Assembly (NCBI GenBank): GCA_963674695.2
Contig: CAXXGI010000001.1
Span: 680,929 to 744,928 of the forward strand
DNA: 64,000 nt
Direction of reading: 5' to 3'
Origin: a bacterium
GTDB lineage: Bacteria; UBA10199; 2-02-FULL-44-16; JAAZCA01
The notes beneath the pieces were generated by a model. That model was not told where the DNA came from. It did not search any database and worked only from the letters and a program-made list of their open reading frames with translations. Below are positions 54,923-63,910 of the stretch, piece by piece. The position numbers and the translations under genes are program-made. Each line of letters opens with the position of its first letter. Within the stretch, counting starts at the first letter, position 1.

Positions 54923-55644
54923 CCAAACCAAAAAATCCTACACATCTTGCAGAGATGTCAGATGAAGAATTTGACGAGGTTGTAACAAATTCTTATAATA
55001 TGAGCGAGACTCGCAAACAATGGATAGAAGAGGAGAAGGAAAGACGAAAACATAGAGATGAAAAGGAGAGATGGAAAATATCTGACCAGATTGCAAAGAG
55101 AGCCGACAAAAGGGCGGATAAAGCTTTACGAGTTTCCGTTGTTACACTAATTCTTTTTTTTATTTCAGTTATTGTGTCGGCCATTGTTGGTATTAGCCAG
55201 TGCACAATTCAAGAGCGTCAGCCTAAAGAAACGGTCCAACAACAGCAAATCCTTGAAAGAGAAAAGGTAATAAGGCAACTCATTCCCGACATTATGAGCA
55301 TTTCAGAATGTTTGTGCGATATGAGACGGGGTATAGAAATAGCTAGTTGGCCGTGCTTGTCTTTAATGAGTAAACAAGACATTGCTGAAACAGTAGCTAA
55401 TTTACGTGATAGAAACTATTCATTGGAAGTTAATGGATATTATCAGCAGTTGGCAAATATAAATTCTCAATATATTGCAAAGCCAAATAATCCAAAAGAT
55501 ATTTTAACAGATATCCATAATATGTCTTGTGATATATTGGAAAAATTGTGGAAAACAGAACCCGTTCAACTGGCAATGACAACGGTTAATCCTGAAGAGC
55601 GATTTCAAAATATAATCCAGTGTCGAAATGAGCTGTTGAAATAG
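54916..55644 (+). CDS. single-pass membrane protein, unknown function (242 aa)
   Basis: 7-nt overlap with the HTH gene. Charged coiled N-terminus, one TM helix (VSVVTLILFFISVIVSAIVGI) and a C-terminal domain of about 140 aa. Confidence 0.6.
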   Translation: MVTKPKNPTHLAEMSDEEFDEVVTNSYNMSETRKQWIEEEKERRKHRDEKERWKISDQIAKRADKRADKALRVSVVTLILFFISVIVSAIVGISQCTIQERQPKETVQQQQILEREKVIRQLIPDIMSISECLCDMRRGIEIASWPCLSLMSKQDIAETVANLRDRNYSLEVNGYYQQLANINSQYIAKPNNPKDILTDIHNMSCDILEKLWKTEPVQLAMTTVNPEERFQNIIQCRNELLK

Positions 55645-55669
55645 AGGTTATCTAGCAGCTTAAGTAGTA

Positions 55670-55882
55670 TTAAATCAACCTTTTGTGTTTTCTTCGAGAT
55701 AGCCTTGCCAAATTCAGAAAGCAGTTCATTGATTTTTTTTCAACTTCAGGGGATTTCTGGAGACCAATTTTTTGTTTCCATTTCCGAAGCAGTTCTATCG
55801 ACTCCCATGCGGATTCTGAATTGGGTTGTTGGCGAAGGGTTCTTTTAACTTTTTTGATTTCTCCGATAGCCAAATTTACCAT
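55670..55882 (-). CDS. small hypothetical protein (70 aa)
   Basis: ORF downstream of 55947..56492 on the same strand. Basic, no motif. Confidence 0.4.
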   Translation of the reverse strand: MVNLAIGEIKKVKRTLRQQPNSESAWESIELLRKWKQKIGLQKSPEVEKKSMNCFLNLARLSRRKHKRLI

Positions 55883-55946
55883 TCTCTACCTCCATGGCTT
55901 GCTCTTCCATAAATTGCCCAACGGCAAGACGAATTAGAGCATATCA

Positions 55947-56492
55947 CTATGAGTCAGCACTTAAAGGAATCTCAATTGTGTAAACGAACGATTCTTTATG
56001 ATGTCGGATTCTACTTTTGCTTATATTTGAAACAAATTGAAGCACTAGCTTCTGATTTGTTTGTTCATCTCGACCATGCAGACCGAGCTTGTTTTGGAAT
56101 GATGTTTCCAGATGCAGTTTTAACAAATAGAGGTCGTGAGGACCAATAGTAGCCTTCCATCGTAAGTTTGTATTATCTTCAGCATTCATTAATCGAAAAT
56201 CCCTATTTGATTCCGATATGAATCGCATGTGGTCCCACTCCCATCTTTGTTTTTCTTTTCCGTTTATGAACCACGTTAGTACAAAATTATGAATGGTGGC
56301 GGAAGAATTATTTGGATTCTGAATCTTGATTGCATTTCCTGCATTGAGTCTCGCAATACTTGTTGGATAATCAATTTTCAATGGCTTGACCGAAAGCCGC
56401 TCTTTTAATAGAGGTGCAAAAAAACCGCCCGCAGCACCAGAAGCAAGTGCCCCTAAAAACACTGTTAATAATTCCACTTGAATCGCCTCCAA
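55947..56492 (-). CDS. membrane-anchored protein, unknown function
   Basis: The track start is a TTG at 56492. A GTG at 56477 lies 8 nt after a GGAGG and is more likely the real start. N-terminal TM helix LLTVFLGALASGAAGGFFAPLL, then a soluble domain of about 150 aa. Confidence 0.6.
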   Translation of the reverse strand: MEAIQVELLTVFLGALASGAAGGFFAPLLKERLSVKPLKIDYPTSIARLNAGNAIKIQNPNNSSATIHNFVLTWFINGKEKQRWEWDHMRFISESNRDFRLMNAEDNTNLRWKATIGPHDLYLLKLHLETSFQNKLGLHGRDEQTNQKLVLQFVSNISKSRIRHHKESFVYTIEIPLSADS

Positions 56493-56546
56493 GGTTCTAG
56501 GATGCTTTACCTTTTTAATGTTTATGAGAAGTTATCTAAACCTAGG

Positions 56547-56750
56547 TTACGATGTCAGCTTATGCAACGGTATCCCTAGAGTCTCAGCCAATTTTTCAAG
56601 AGTTCTGATAGTCGGTGATTTCTTGCCGCTCTCTATCTCCGATAAATATCCTTTAGAAATATCCGCCTCATAGGCCAGACGTTCCTGTGTATATCCCTTT
56701 TCTTGGCGAATTTTAACAATGTTTCTGCGGACTTTGGTTGTAGCATCCAT
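56547..56750 (-). CDS. XRE-family HTH regulator (67 aa)
   Basis: IRQEKGYTQERLAYEADISKGYLSEIESGKKSPTIRTLEKLAETLGI is a canonical HTH_3 motif. Confidence 0.8.
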   Translation of the reverse strand: MDATTKVRRNIVKIRQEKGYTQERLAYEADISKGYLSEIESGKKSPTIRTLEKLAETLGIPLHKLTS

Positions 56751-56770
56751 AATTGGATATTACAATATCA

Positions 56771-56806
56771 ATGTTCTCTATAGCAGTAGTTCTCTATGGA
56801 GAACAT
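56771..56806. promoter_or_regulatory. candidate operator in a divergent promoter region
   Basis: ATGTTCTC...GAGAACAT inverted repeat enclosing two direct TTCTCTAT(A/G)G copies. An extended -10 TGTTATAAT lies at 56817-56825, before ATG 56842. Confidence 0.45.
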
Positions 56807-56841
56807 TTTAGGGATATGTTATAATCATCCTTTGGTGGGTT

Positions 56842-57096
56842 ATGAGAAAGGTTTATATTATAAGGGAAACCAAGAAGGTTAGTGACATCCTCGATAACAC
56901 ATATAACGAGGTGCTCGCAGCTTTACGGTATCGGAATCCCAAGGCGCAACGTTTAACCGACGATGATGAAATGTCACAATTGCATGACATGCTAGCTTTG
57001 CTCCGGCTGGGTCATATCAAGGTTAGTTATGCAGAGGATGATGACGGTCGATTCATGTTCTTTGAAATAAAAATGGATGCACCTACTTCTTCCTGA
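56842..57096 (+). CDS. small hypothetical protein (84 aa)
   Basis: ORF divergent from the 56547..56750 XRE gene. Its 3' end overlaps the convergent XRE gene 57083..57313 by 14 nt. Confidence 0.5.
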   Translation: MRKVYIIRETKKVSDILDNTYNEVLAALRYRNPKAQRLTDDDEMSQLHDMLALLRLGHIKVSYAEDDDGRFMFFEIKMDAPTSS

Positions 57097-57313
57097 TGGG
57101 TTGGAAGAACGCTAAGGGATGGACTTTGAGGACATCACTAATCCTAGATAATGTGCGAAGAGTTAGATTTGCTTTCTTGGATTCCACACGCTGATAAAAT
57201 TTGTAATTAAATCCAGCTTTATCAGATAATTGCTCTTGAGTTAGCCCAGCACGTTCACGACACCTCTTGATATTCTTTCCTACTAAACTTGTGAACTGTT
57301 CATAATTCATCAA
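57083..57313 (-). CDS. XRE-family HTH regulator (76 aa)
   Basis: IKRCRERAGLTQEQLSDKAGFNYKFYQRVESKKANLTLRTLSRISDVL is an HTH_3 motif. Confidence 0.8.
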   Translation of the reverse strand: MMNYEQFTSLVGKNIKRCRERAGLTQEQLSDKAGFNYKFYQRVESKKANLTLRTLSRISDVLKVHPLAFFQPIRKK

Positions 57314-57456
57314 TGATAATATACACTTATAAGTAGGTGCTAACCACCTACGTGTAGGTAGGTGCTCGACCTAGACGGACAGCTTGAAAAGTAGTATCAT
57401 ATTAGGAAGATAGGGCTTTATAAATCCTATTTAATCACTAGGGGGAGGTGTTTGTC

Positions 57457-59415
57457 ATGGCGAGAAGACTTTTGTGGGTGATTCCAATGTTGTTGCTTTG
57501 CTTTACGTATATGGGATGCGGAAGTTCTGGAACCGAGGATGGCAGCGGTGGTGATAATGACGGAGAGGTTACTGAGCTTGATGAAGGCGGTAGCGGCGAA
57601 TCCGGCACGGTTGGCACTTCTGGATATGTGATTCCCACAATGCCTTCGGGCACTGCGATAAAGAGCCTCGTGACGGCGGCAAATTCTAATGGCGTGAGGG
57701 CGAGCATATCCTTTGGCTCGGTTACACTGCCGGAGGCGTTAGTCGAGGCCACAAGTTCAGTTAGCAGTACGGAAGTCCAAGAACCGGATGTGTCATATTC
57801 AGTAAGTGACCTTCCCTATTATCTTGAGTTCGATGCGGATTCCAGAACCATATCACGGGTGGCGGATTATTCGGCAACGCCACAGGGCGAGGCCAGAAGA
57901 AACATCGACATAACCTATCGTTGCGACAATGGTGACGAGTACAGCTACGTTGAAGTTAGGCTCAACGATATAGACAATGACCTGATGAACGATTCCGACG
58001 AGTATGAGCGCAGTGCTGTGCCTTTGATGAACCGCTCTTTTGGGTGGATATGGCTGAGTGCAGAAAATGCCGCTATCTACCGCCTATCCGCCACGGACAC
58101 TGCAACCATTGCAACCGGTTTATTGTCTATCCCAATCACCACCGGCTTTAATCTGGCCGATTCCGGCGATGCTCTATCTGACTTCGACAGTGATGGTGTT
58201 ACTAACCAAGATGAATTAACAACAGGCAAAAATCCTTTTGTTTATACCGGAAGCGGAATTTTCGAAGCACAATCCAACTACAGTGCAGATTCAAACATCT
58301 GGTTCGGAATGTCGGCGGCGGATTTCGATGGAGACGGCGACGGTGATATTGTTGCCGTATCTCACGGCGAAAACAATGTCTATTACTACGAGGGCAATGG
58401 AGACGGGACATTCAAAAACTCGATTTCCTACACGACAGGGACAAGCCCCCAGGTTGTTGCCGTGGCAGACTTCGATAATGATGGTTACGAAGACATGGCG
58501 GTGACAAGTTTCCATGACGAAGAGGTCAACGTATTCATAAATGACGGAGACGGAACGTTCGCAGACAAAGCCGATTACAACTGTGGCGAAGATGATAGTC
58601 AGGCAAGGTCCGTAACTGCCGCTGATTTCAACGGCGATAAATATCCAGACCTTGTGGTTACACACTCGAACGCCTGTTACTTATCAGTTCTCCTGAATGA
58701 CGGCGATGGAACATTCGGAGCAAGGTCTGATTACACGACCTGCACAAGTCATTCGGGTAATGCGCTGGAAGGTGTGATTGCCCTGGATGTTGATGGTGAC
58801 TTGGACCTCGACATAGCAGTTATCTCGGCCACAGTTAAAATCCTCAAGAATGATGGGAGCGGTGTTTTTGGAGAAGCTGCGACTTACGGCGGCGGAGGCT
58901 TTGGCCTGGTTGCTTACGATGCAGATGACGACGGCGACCTGGACATAGTTTATTCGGGTTCGGGCACAAGTCTTGGCATACTCTTCAACGACGGCACTGG
59001 CGTTTATGGTATGCCGACGCATGAGGTCTATCTTGTTGATGAAGATGGCAATGACGTGCTCGACGACAACGGCGACCCGATAACCGTTGAGGCGAATATC
59101 ACTTACACGGTCCCATCGTCGCCGAGGGGCAAGGTCATAGCCATGGATGCCAACGGAGATGGTTTCATCGACATAGCAACGGCGAACTATGAATCAAATA
59201 GCGTTTCGATATTGTTCGGCCAAGTGGCTTCAAATGGGGATATTCTGGGCAATCTTACAAGCTATAGTCTTACGTCAGATGCATGGAATTATCATCCGGC
59301 TTGCCTAGTGGCGTTTGATGCTGACGGGGATGGCGATATAGATTTGGCAACTGGCAGCGATGAAACAAGTGAGGGTTCGGGTGCGCTCACGGTATTGCTC
59401 AACCAAAGTCACTGA
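57457..59415 (+). CDS. lipoprotein with FG-GAP/VCBS (integrin-alpha-like beta-propeller) repeats
   Basis: GGGGGAGG SD 8 nt before ATG 57457. Lipobox LLCFTYMGCGS. At least seven calcium-type repeats (ADFDGDGDGDIVAVS, ADFDNDGYEDMAVTS, ADFNGDKYPDLVVT, LDVDGDLDLDIAVIS, YDADDDGDLDIVYSG, MDANGDGFIDIATAN, FDADGDGDIDLATGS). Confidence 0.85.
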   Translation: MARRLLWVIPMLLLCFTYMGCGSSGTEDGSGGDNDGEVTELDEGGSGESGTVGTSGYVIPTMPSGTAIKSLVTAANSNGVRASISFGSVTLPEALVEATSSVSSTEVQEPDVSYSVSDLPYYLEFDADSRTISRVADYSATPQGEARRNIDITYRCDNGDEYSYVEVRLNDIDNDLMNDSDEYERSAVPLMNRSFGWIWLSAENAAIYRLSATDTATIATGLLSIPITTGFNLADSGDALSDFDSDGVTNQDELTTGKNPFVYTGSGIFEAQSNYSADSNIWFGMSAADFDGDGDGDIVAVSHGENNVYYYEGNGDGTFKNSISYTTGTSPQVVAVADFDNDGYEDMAVTSFHDEEVNVFINDGDGTFADKADYNCGEDDSQARSVTAADFNGDKYPDLVVTHSNACYLSVLLNDGDGTFGARSDYTTCTSHSGNALEGVIALDVDGDLDLDIAVISATVKILKNDGSGVFGEAATYGGGGFGLVAYDADDDGDLDIVYSGSGTSLGILFNDGTGVYGMPTHEVYLVDEDGNDVLDDNGDPITVEANITYTVPSSPRGKVIAMDANGDGFIDIATANYESNSVSILFGQVASNGDILGNLTSYSLTSDAWNYHPACLVAFDADGDGDIDLATGSDETSEGSGALTVLLNQSH

Positions 59416-59429
59416 ATGAGGGGGACACA

Positions 59430-59783
59430 ATGAAAAAAGGTCATAGGAGAAAATTATTATTCATTTTGTCGTACATTGTAATTGGGTTCTTTGCTTTTGG
59501 TATTACAGAAGTCAAAGCGCAATCCGCAATAGACATGATGGCAACTCTTTTTCAAGGGAACTATTCAACATCTCAAATAAAATCGAGGATGGACTCAGTG
59601 ATGACACGTTATGGGCTTGCCTTGACGGAAGAAAATTACAACCGGGCCGGTAGTGCACTTGTCAGCATGCAGGATAGATATGGTGTCGCCGAAATGGATA
59701 TTCTCAGTTGCATGAAAACTATTCGCAAGTCGGGAATGACATTTCCTACAGCCGCAGCGGTTTGCACTCAGAAGTTAGAATAA
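59430..59783 (+). CDS. small secreted protein, unknown function
   Basis: Signal-peptide-like N-terminus (LLFILSYIVIGFFAFGITEVKA). 14 nt after the preceding gene. Confidence 0.55.
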   Translation: MKKGHRRKLLFILSYIVIGFFAFGITEVKAQSAIDMMATLFQGNYSTSQIKSRMDSVMTRYGLALTEENYNRAGSALVSMQDRYGVAEMDILSCMKTIRKSGMTFPTAAAVCTQKLE

Positions 59784-59839
59784 ATGATAGCCATAAGTTC
59801 AAGTGAGGTAATATTTGACTAACTGCATAGGGGAAGGGG

Positions 59840-60427
59840 ATGAAAAAATGCCCTTATTGTGCCGAGGAAATACAAGATGAGGCAATAAAGTGTCGGTATT
59901 GCGGTGAGATGATTAAAAAAGAGCCGGTGGTGATACCAGTTTCACCAACAACCAAATACAAACTATCAAGACCGGGGGAAAAGAAAACTTACGAGGCCGA
60001 CCTTGATACGTTGCGCAAGTGGGATGAAGAAAATAGAATAATGTCGAGTGATAAAATATTCGACCCCGTTTCCAATCATTGGGTCGTAGCAAGCGACTTT
60101 GTGAAATCAGCGGTATTGCTTCAACAAAAGGTGGGGGATAAATACAGATTGACGCTAAAAAAGACTAAAGGAGGGTTCATTGGTTTTGTACTGATAGTAA
60201 TCGGTATAATTGGTTTGATAGTAGCCACAGGCATGGCCTTTACTGTCATCGGAATCCCTATAGCCATAATAGTGGGATTAGGGGCATTAACTATCATGGC
60301 GGGCGGCACAGGCGGCAGGTTGTTTAAATGTCCCTATTGCAGTAAGAGAATTTACGCTGCCAATGGTAAGGAGAATGTAACCTGTCCCAAGTGCAAAAAT
60401 TTAACCATTATTGATTGGGTAGCCTAA
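59840..60427 (+). CDS. membrane protein with N- and C-terminal zinc ribbons and a GYF_2/DUF4339-like domain
   Basis: [19 protein letters not shown] at the N-terminus and [24 protein letters not shown] at the C-terminus. Two TM helices between them. [34 protein letters not shown]. Confidence 0.65.
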   Translation: MKKCPYCAEEIQDEAIKCRYCGEMIKKEPVVIPVSPTTKYKLSRPGEKKTYEADLDTLRKWDEENRIMSSDKIFDPVSNHWVVASDFVKSAVLLQQKVGDKYRLTLKKTKGGFIGFVLIVIGIIGLIVATGMAFTVIGIPIAIIVGLGALTIMAGGTGGRLFKCPYCSKRIYAANGKENVTCPKCKNLTIIDWVA

Positions 60428-60442
60428 TAAGAGGAGGGTAGT

Positions 60443-61351
60443 ATGAATGAAACACCACCGCAAGCACCGGAACAAAAAGATAATACAAAAAAACGAAATA
60501 TCAGTCTTATACTTAGTTGGATGTTTGGGTCTATTTTTCTGCTCGCTGGCATAGGTTCACTTGCTTCTCATGATTTCTTACAGGCTATAATAACCCTTAT
60601 ACTGTCTGGTATCTTGCTGCCACCTCTATGCAACTTTATAGAGAAGAAATCGAAGTTACGGCTTTCCCGTGGAGTTAAGGCAATAATATTGATTATCGGT
60701 TTAGGAATTGTTGCGGTTACTGTTAATACTGAAGAAGGCAAAGAAAAGGCAAAGCAAAAAGAACAAATAGTTACAAAAGAAACAATTGATAAAAGTCCCA
60801 TAAATGAAGCTTCTCAACCTCCCAGTGAAGGTCAAGTGATAGTAGAATTTAATAAAGATACTGGTGAATCAAAAGTCGTGGCTAAGGCCCCTGTTGAATC
60901 GAAGGAACTCCAGAAACTTAGCTTTAGCCGCTCACAGATTGTTAATAAAATGAGTGCGGCAGAAAAAGAATTAGATAATCCCCCTCTGCCAAAAGGTAAA
61001 GAATACGCATCACAAGATGGAACTAAAAATTTTCAAATAGTATATCCAGATGACTTAACTATACTGGAGATAGCAGGAAACCCAGACAACGTAGAGAGTG
61101 TGTCCTTTTCTGTGGGTATTCCTGCCGACAATCCTGTGCAAGCTGTTACACAAGTAGGTAGAACAATGGTTTTACTCCAACTAATAACACCTTCTCTTGG
61201 AAAGTCAGCAGACTGGTTGCAAAGTAGAATTGATATGTTGAACGAAGGAAAGAAGAAAATTGAAGAGACACATGACAATATTAGAGTTAGAATTTCAGAT
61301 TACAGAGCTACGATAGGTTTTATAATATTTAGTTTTGAGGTGGCCAAATAA
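60443..61351 (+). CDS. membrane protein, unknown function (302 aa)
   Basis: Three N-terminal TM helices, a Lys/Glu-rich linker and a C-terminal domain of about 150 aa. Confidence 0.6.
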   Translation: MNETPPQAPEQKDNTKKRNISLILSWMFGSIFLLAGIGSLASHDFLQAIITLILSGILLPPLCNFIEKKSKLRLSRGVKAIILIIGLGIVAVTVNTEEGKEKAKQKEQIVTKETIDKSPINEASQPPSEGQVIVEFNKDTGESKVVAKAPVESKELQKLSFSRSQIVNKMSAAEKELDNPPLPKGKEYASQDGTKNFQIVYPDDLTILEIAGNPDNVESVSFSVGIPADNPVQAVTQVGRTMVLLQLITPSLGKSADWLQSRIDMLNEGKKKIEETHDNIRVRISDYRATIGFIIFSFEVAK

Positions 61352-61352
61352 A

Positions 61353-61880
61353 ATGAGAGATAGGAATTTGATAAAAGTTATTTCTTTGCTTGTTGTTTTT
61401 ACGCTTCCATCCGTTCTATATGCCAAAGAACCTTGTAAAACAGTAAAAGTCTTTAAGGTGATTGATGGCGACACAATTAAAATTTCATGCAAATCCGGCG
61501 ATAAATACGTTGTTCGCCTGATAGGAATAGATACACCTGAAACTCATCATCCAAAAAAGCCAGTCCAATGTTATGGTAAAGAGGCTGCCGACTACCTTAA
61601 AAAACGCATAGATAATAAATATGTACGTCTGAAGTATGAATCTCAAAAAGTTGACAAATATGGTCGCACTTTAGCCTATGTATACAGCGGCTTGAATTTC
61701 ATAAATGCGACTATGATTAGGAAAGGGTACGCTTTTGCCTATAAGCGATTTCGATTTAAGTACCTCCAGAAGTTTACTCGATATGAAAGCGCGGCGCAAA
61801 AAAAGAAGAGAGGGTTATGGGGTAAGTGTGAGGTTGTATGTGAGGGAAATGTTTGTCACACAAATCCCATAACAAAATGA
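61353..61880 (+). CDS. secreted thermonuclease (staphylococcal nuclease/SNase-like)
   Basis: ATG 61353 after a GAGGTGG SD. Signal peptide, then VIDGDTIKI...VRLIGIDTPE...CYGKEAADYL...DKYGRTLAYVY...KKKRGLWG, the SNase signature. Confidence 0.85.
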   Translation: MRDRNLIKVISLLVVFTLPSVLYAKEPCKTVKVFKVIDGDTIKISCKSGDKYVVRLIGIDTPETHHPKKPVQCYGKEAADYLKKRIDNKYVRLKYESQKVDKYGRTLAYVYSGLNFINATMIRKGYAFAYKRFRFKYLQKFTRYESAAQKKKRGLWGKCEVVCEGNVCHTNPITK

Positions 61881-61892
61881 AAGGAGCGCGAT

Positions 61893-62237
61893 ATGAAAAA
61901 AATAATAGGGGTATTGATTGCAGTTGGCATATTATTCTCACTAGCAATAACATCAAATTTTGCATCAGCATGGGACAATTCCGAAATTGCACCTGTATAT
62001 GAGAAACTTCGTAAAAGGTTCTCAGAGGGGCAACTAAAGCAAATATGGTATGAATCATGTTGGTGTGATGACAAAGCCAGCAAAAAAGCAGCCTTTGGCA
62101 CGCCTCAATGGGACAAATTATGGAATAATTGCGAACAAAAAGTCAGGGAAAAAGCCAAGTTGACTCAAGAAGAATTTGATTATGTTAAAATGTTTTTTCC
62201 TGTTTACAGGAAGTGGAAGCAGCCGTCTTTTAAATAA
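61893..62237 (+). CDS. small secreted protein, unknown function
   Basis: Signal peptide MKKIIGVLIAVGILFSLAITSNFASA. 12 nt after the nuclease gene. Confidence 0.55.
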   Translation: MKKIIGVLIAVGILFSLAITSNFASAWDNSEIAPVYEKLRKRFSEGQLKQIWYESCWCDDKASKKAAFGTPQWDKLWNNCEQKVREKAKLTQEEFDYVKMFFPVYRKWKQPSFK

Positions 62238-62393
62238 TTGATACAACCTAAAAAGTAGCGCCATCTTAATAGGAGCGCCATTGCTTTCATAGCCGTAACT
62301 TTATCCAATCATCAATAATAATTAAGGCTGCATTTATAAAATTCCTTGTCCATGGTCTTATTAGATGAGATAATATTATTTTAGGAGGTCATT

Positions 62394-62930
62394 ATGGATA
62401 ACGAGAGAATTGTTTTATTTAACCAGTTTAACGATGCTGATATCGGTGAATTTGTTCTTCCATATACAAAATACTTTTCTTTGCTCACATATTGGGGAGA
62501 AATTTGGGCTGATTTAACTAATAGATTATGCGCTTCATTTTGCAATGACTGCGATGCAAAAATACTGATTGCAGACCATCTCATTGAACTCATAAACGGT
62601 ACTCTATTAGCCACGGAAGACTGGAACCTTGGAAAGAGTCTATTGAAACGCAATCGTTTTGACCTAAGACTCTTACTGGGAGACTCTAAGAGTAATGAAC
62701 CCATAATAGACTTGCGACAATTAAAGAAGGTTTGTAAGGAACTATTATTGTGGCTAAGGCCTGATACCCAGATTGTCGGGATGATAGTGCGGAATGAATC
62801 GTGCGAGCATCCGAACTGGAAACACTACAATAAACTCAAACCAAATAGAAATTGTCCAGTTGAAGACTCTTCATCTACAGCTAAGGGACTCCCTATAAAA
62901 GAGTGTTCATCCAATGTTGTTAATCCTTAA
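62394..62930 (+). CDS. hypothetical protein (178 aa)
   Basis: ORF with an AGGAGG SD (62383-62388 region). No recognisable motif. Confidence 0.5.
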   Translation: MDNERIVLFNQFNDADIGEFVLPYTKYFSLLTYWGEIWADLTNRLCASFCNDCDAKILIADHLIELINGTLLATEDWNLGKSLLKRNRFDLRLLLGDSKSNEPIIDLRQLKKVCKELLLWLRPDTQIVGMIVRNESCEHPNWKHYNKLKPNRNCPVEDSSSTAKGLPIKECSSNVVNP

Positions 62931-62962
62931 GGATATAGCCCGTTAATACATTGAAATCAGGA

Positions 62963-63100
62963 TTGTCAACCTTAGTGGGTTGATTTGAGGTTGTCATGTC
63001 AACCCACTTTCTCAACTAGTCTCAACTCTGCAAACTGCTCACAATCATTGAGTCAGAGGTCATTTATGTGGAGTCTTGGTGGGTTTACCAAAGGTTGTCA
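62963..63100. repeat. TGTCAACC / GGTTGTCA motif cluster (candidate recombinase binding sites)
   Basis: TGTCAACC at 62964 and 62997. GGTTGTCA at 62989 and 63093. Perfect 10-bp inverted repeat AGTGGGTTGA (62975-62984) / TCAACCCACT (62999-63008). TTTACCAAAGGTTGTCA at 63084-63100 resembles the AACC..GGTT core of invertase sites. Confidence 0.35.
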
Positions 63101-63276
63101 TTCCAAACTATAAGGGGCTTACAAGAGTCTGCGTCAGTGCCGGCTCTCCTTTTGTGAAAAGGAGATTCGTCTAAATAAAAAGTATTATTCATTAAGGCAT
63201 TCACCGATAAAGCTGTGTCCAAAAAACAAATCTATGTTGGACAGTGAAATCTGAATTTCCGATGGTTGATATTACA

Positions 63277-63879
63277 TCACTTTTGGGGAGTATTTTTCTG
63301 GGGATTTTTGGACAGGAAGCTGGCAACGGTTGATTTTGAAATACCCAAGCGAGATGCGATTTCCCGTACTCCTAAGCCTTCACATTTGAGGTGTATGGCT
63401 TTTTCAAGGTTGAATTGAACATTTGGTCGGCCCAATTGCTTCCCTCTCGCCTTAGCGGCTTTTATACCAGCCTTGACACGCTCCACAATCAATGACCGTT
63501 CTAATTCGCCGATTGCGCCAACAATGGTAAATATCGCTTTTCCTAGCGGCGTAGATGTGTCGATATTTTCGCTAAAGCTGATGAATTCTATGCCCAGGTT
63601 TCGGAATTCATCGAGGGCAGAGAGAAGGTGCTTCGTGCTTCTTGCGAAGCGGTCAAATTTCCATACGCTGACTATATCAAATTTACGCTTCTTTGCGTCG
63701 TCCATCAGTGCATTAAGGGCTGGACGTGAATCCTTTGCACCGCTAATCCCTTCATCAACGTATTCTCGATATACACTAAAACCTCTTGCTTCACAGTATT
63801 CCCGAAGTGCCTGCAACTGCATATCGGGCGATTGCTGACCGTTATTGGTGGATACCCGTGCATATATGGCAACTTTCAT
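63277..63879 (-). CDS. small serine recombinase (resolvase/invertase family)
   Basis: ATG 63879 after a GAGGGGG SD. Catalytic-Ser context VAIYARVSTNNGQQ, then DRFARS, and a C-terminal HTH (GVREIASRLGISKSTVASFL). Confidence 0.9.
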   Translation of the reverse strand: MKVAIYARVSTNNGQQSPDMQLQALREYCEARGFSVYREYVDEGISGAKDSRPALNALMDDAKKRKFDIVSVWKFDRFARSTKHLLSALDEFRNLGIEFISFSENIDTSTPLGKAIFTIVGAIGELERSLIVERVKAGIKAAKARGKQLGRPNVQFNLEKAIHLKCEGLGVREIASRLGISKSTVASFLSKNPQKNTPQK

Positions 63880-63910
63880 AAAACCCCCTCTCTTTTTTAT
63901 TGTTGACTTA

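Noticed and set aside
63277-63879. The serine recombinase as the integrase responsible for insertion at tRNA-Ala.
   Set aside because: It is a ~200-aa resolvase/invertase-type enzyme, not a large serine integrase. The tRNA anticodon-loop crossover is typical of tyrosine integrases, and one is expected outside the window.
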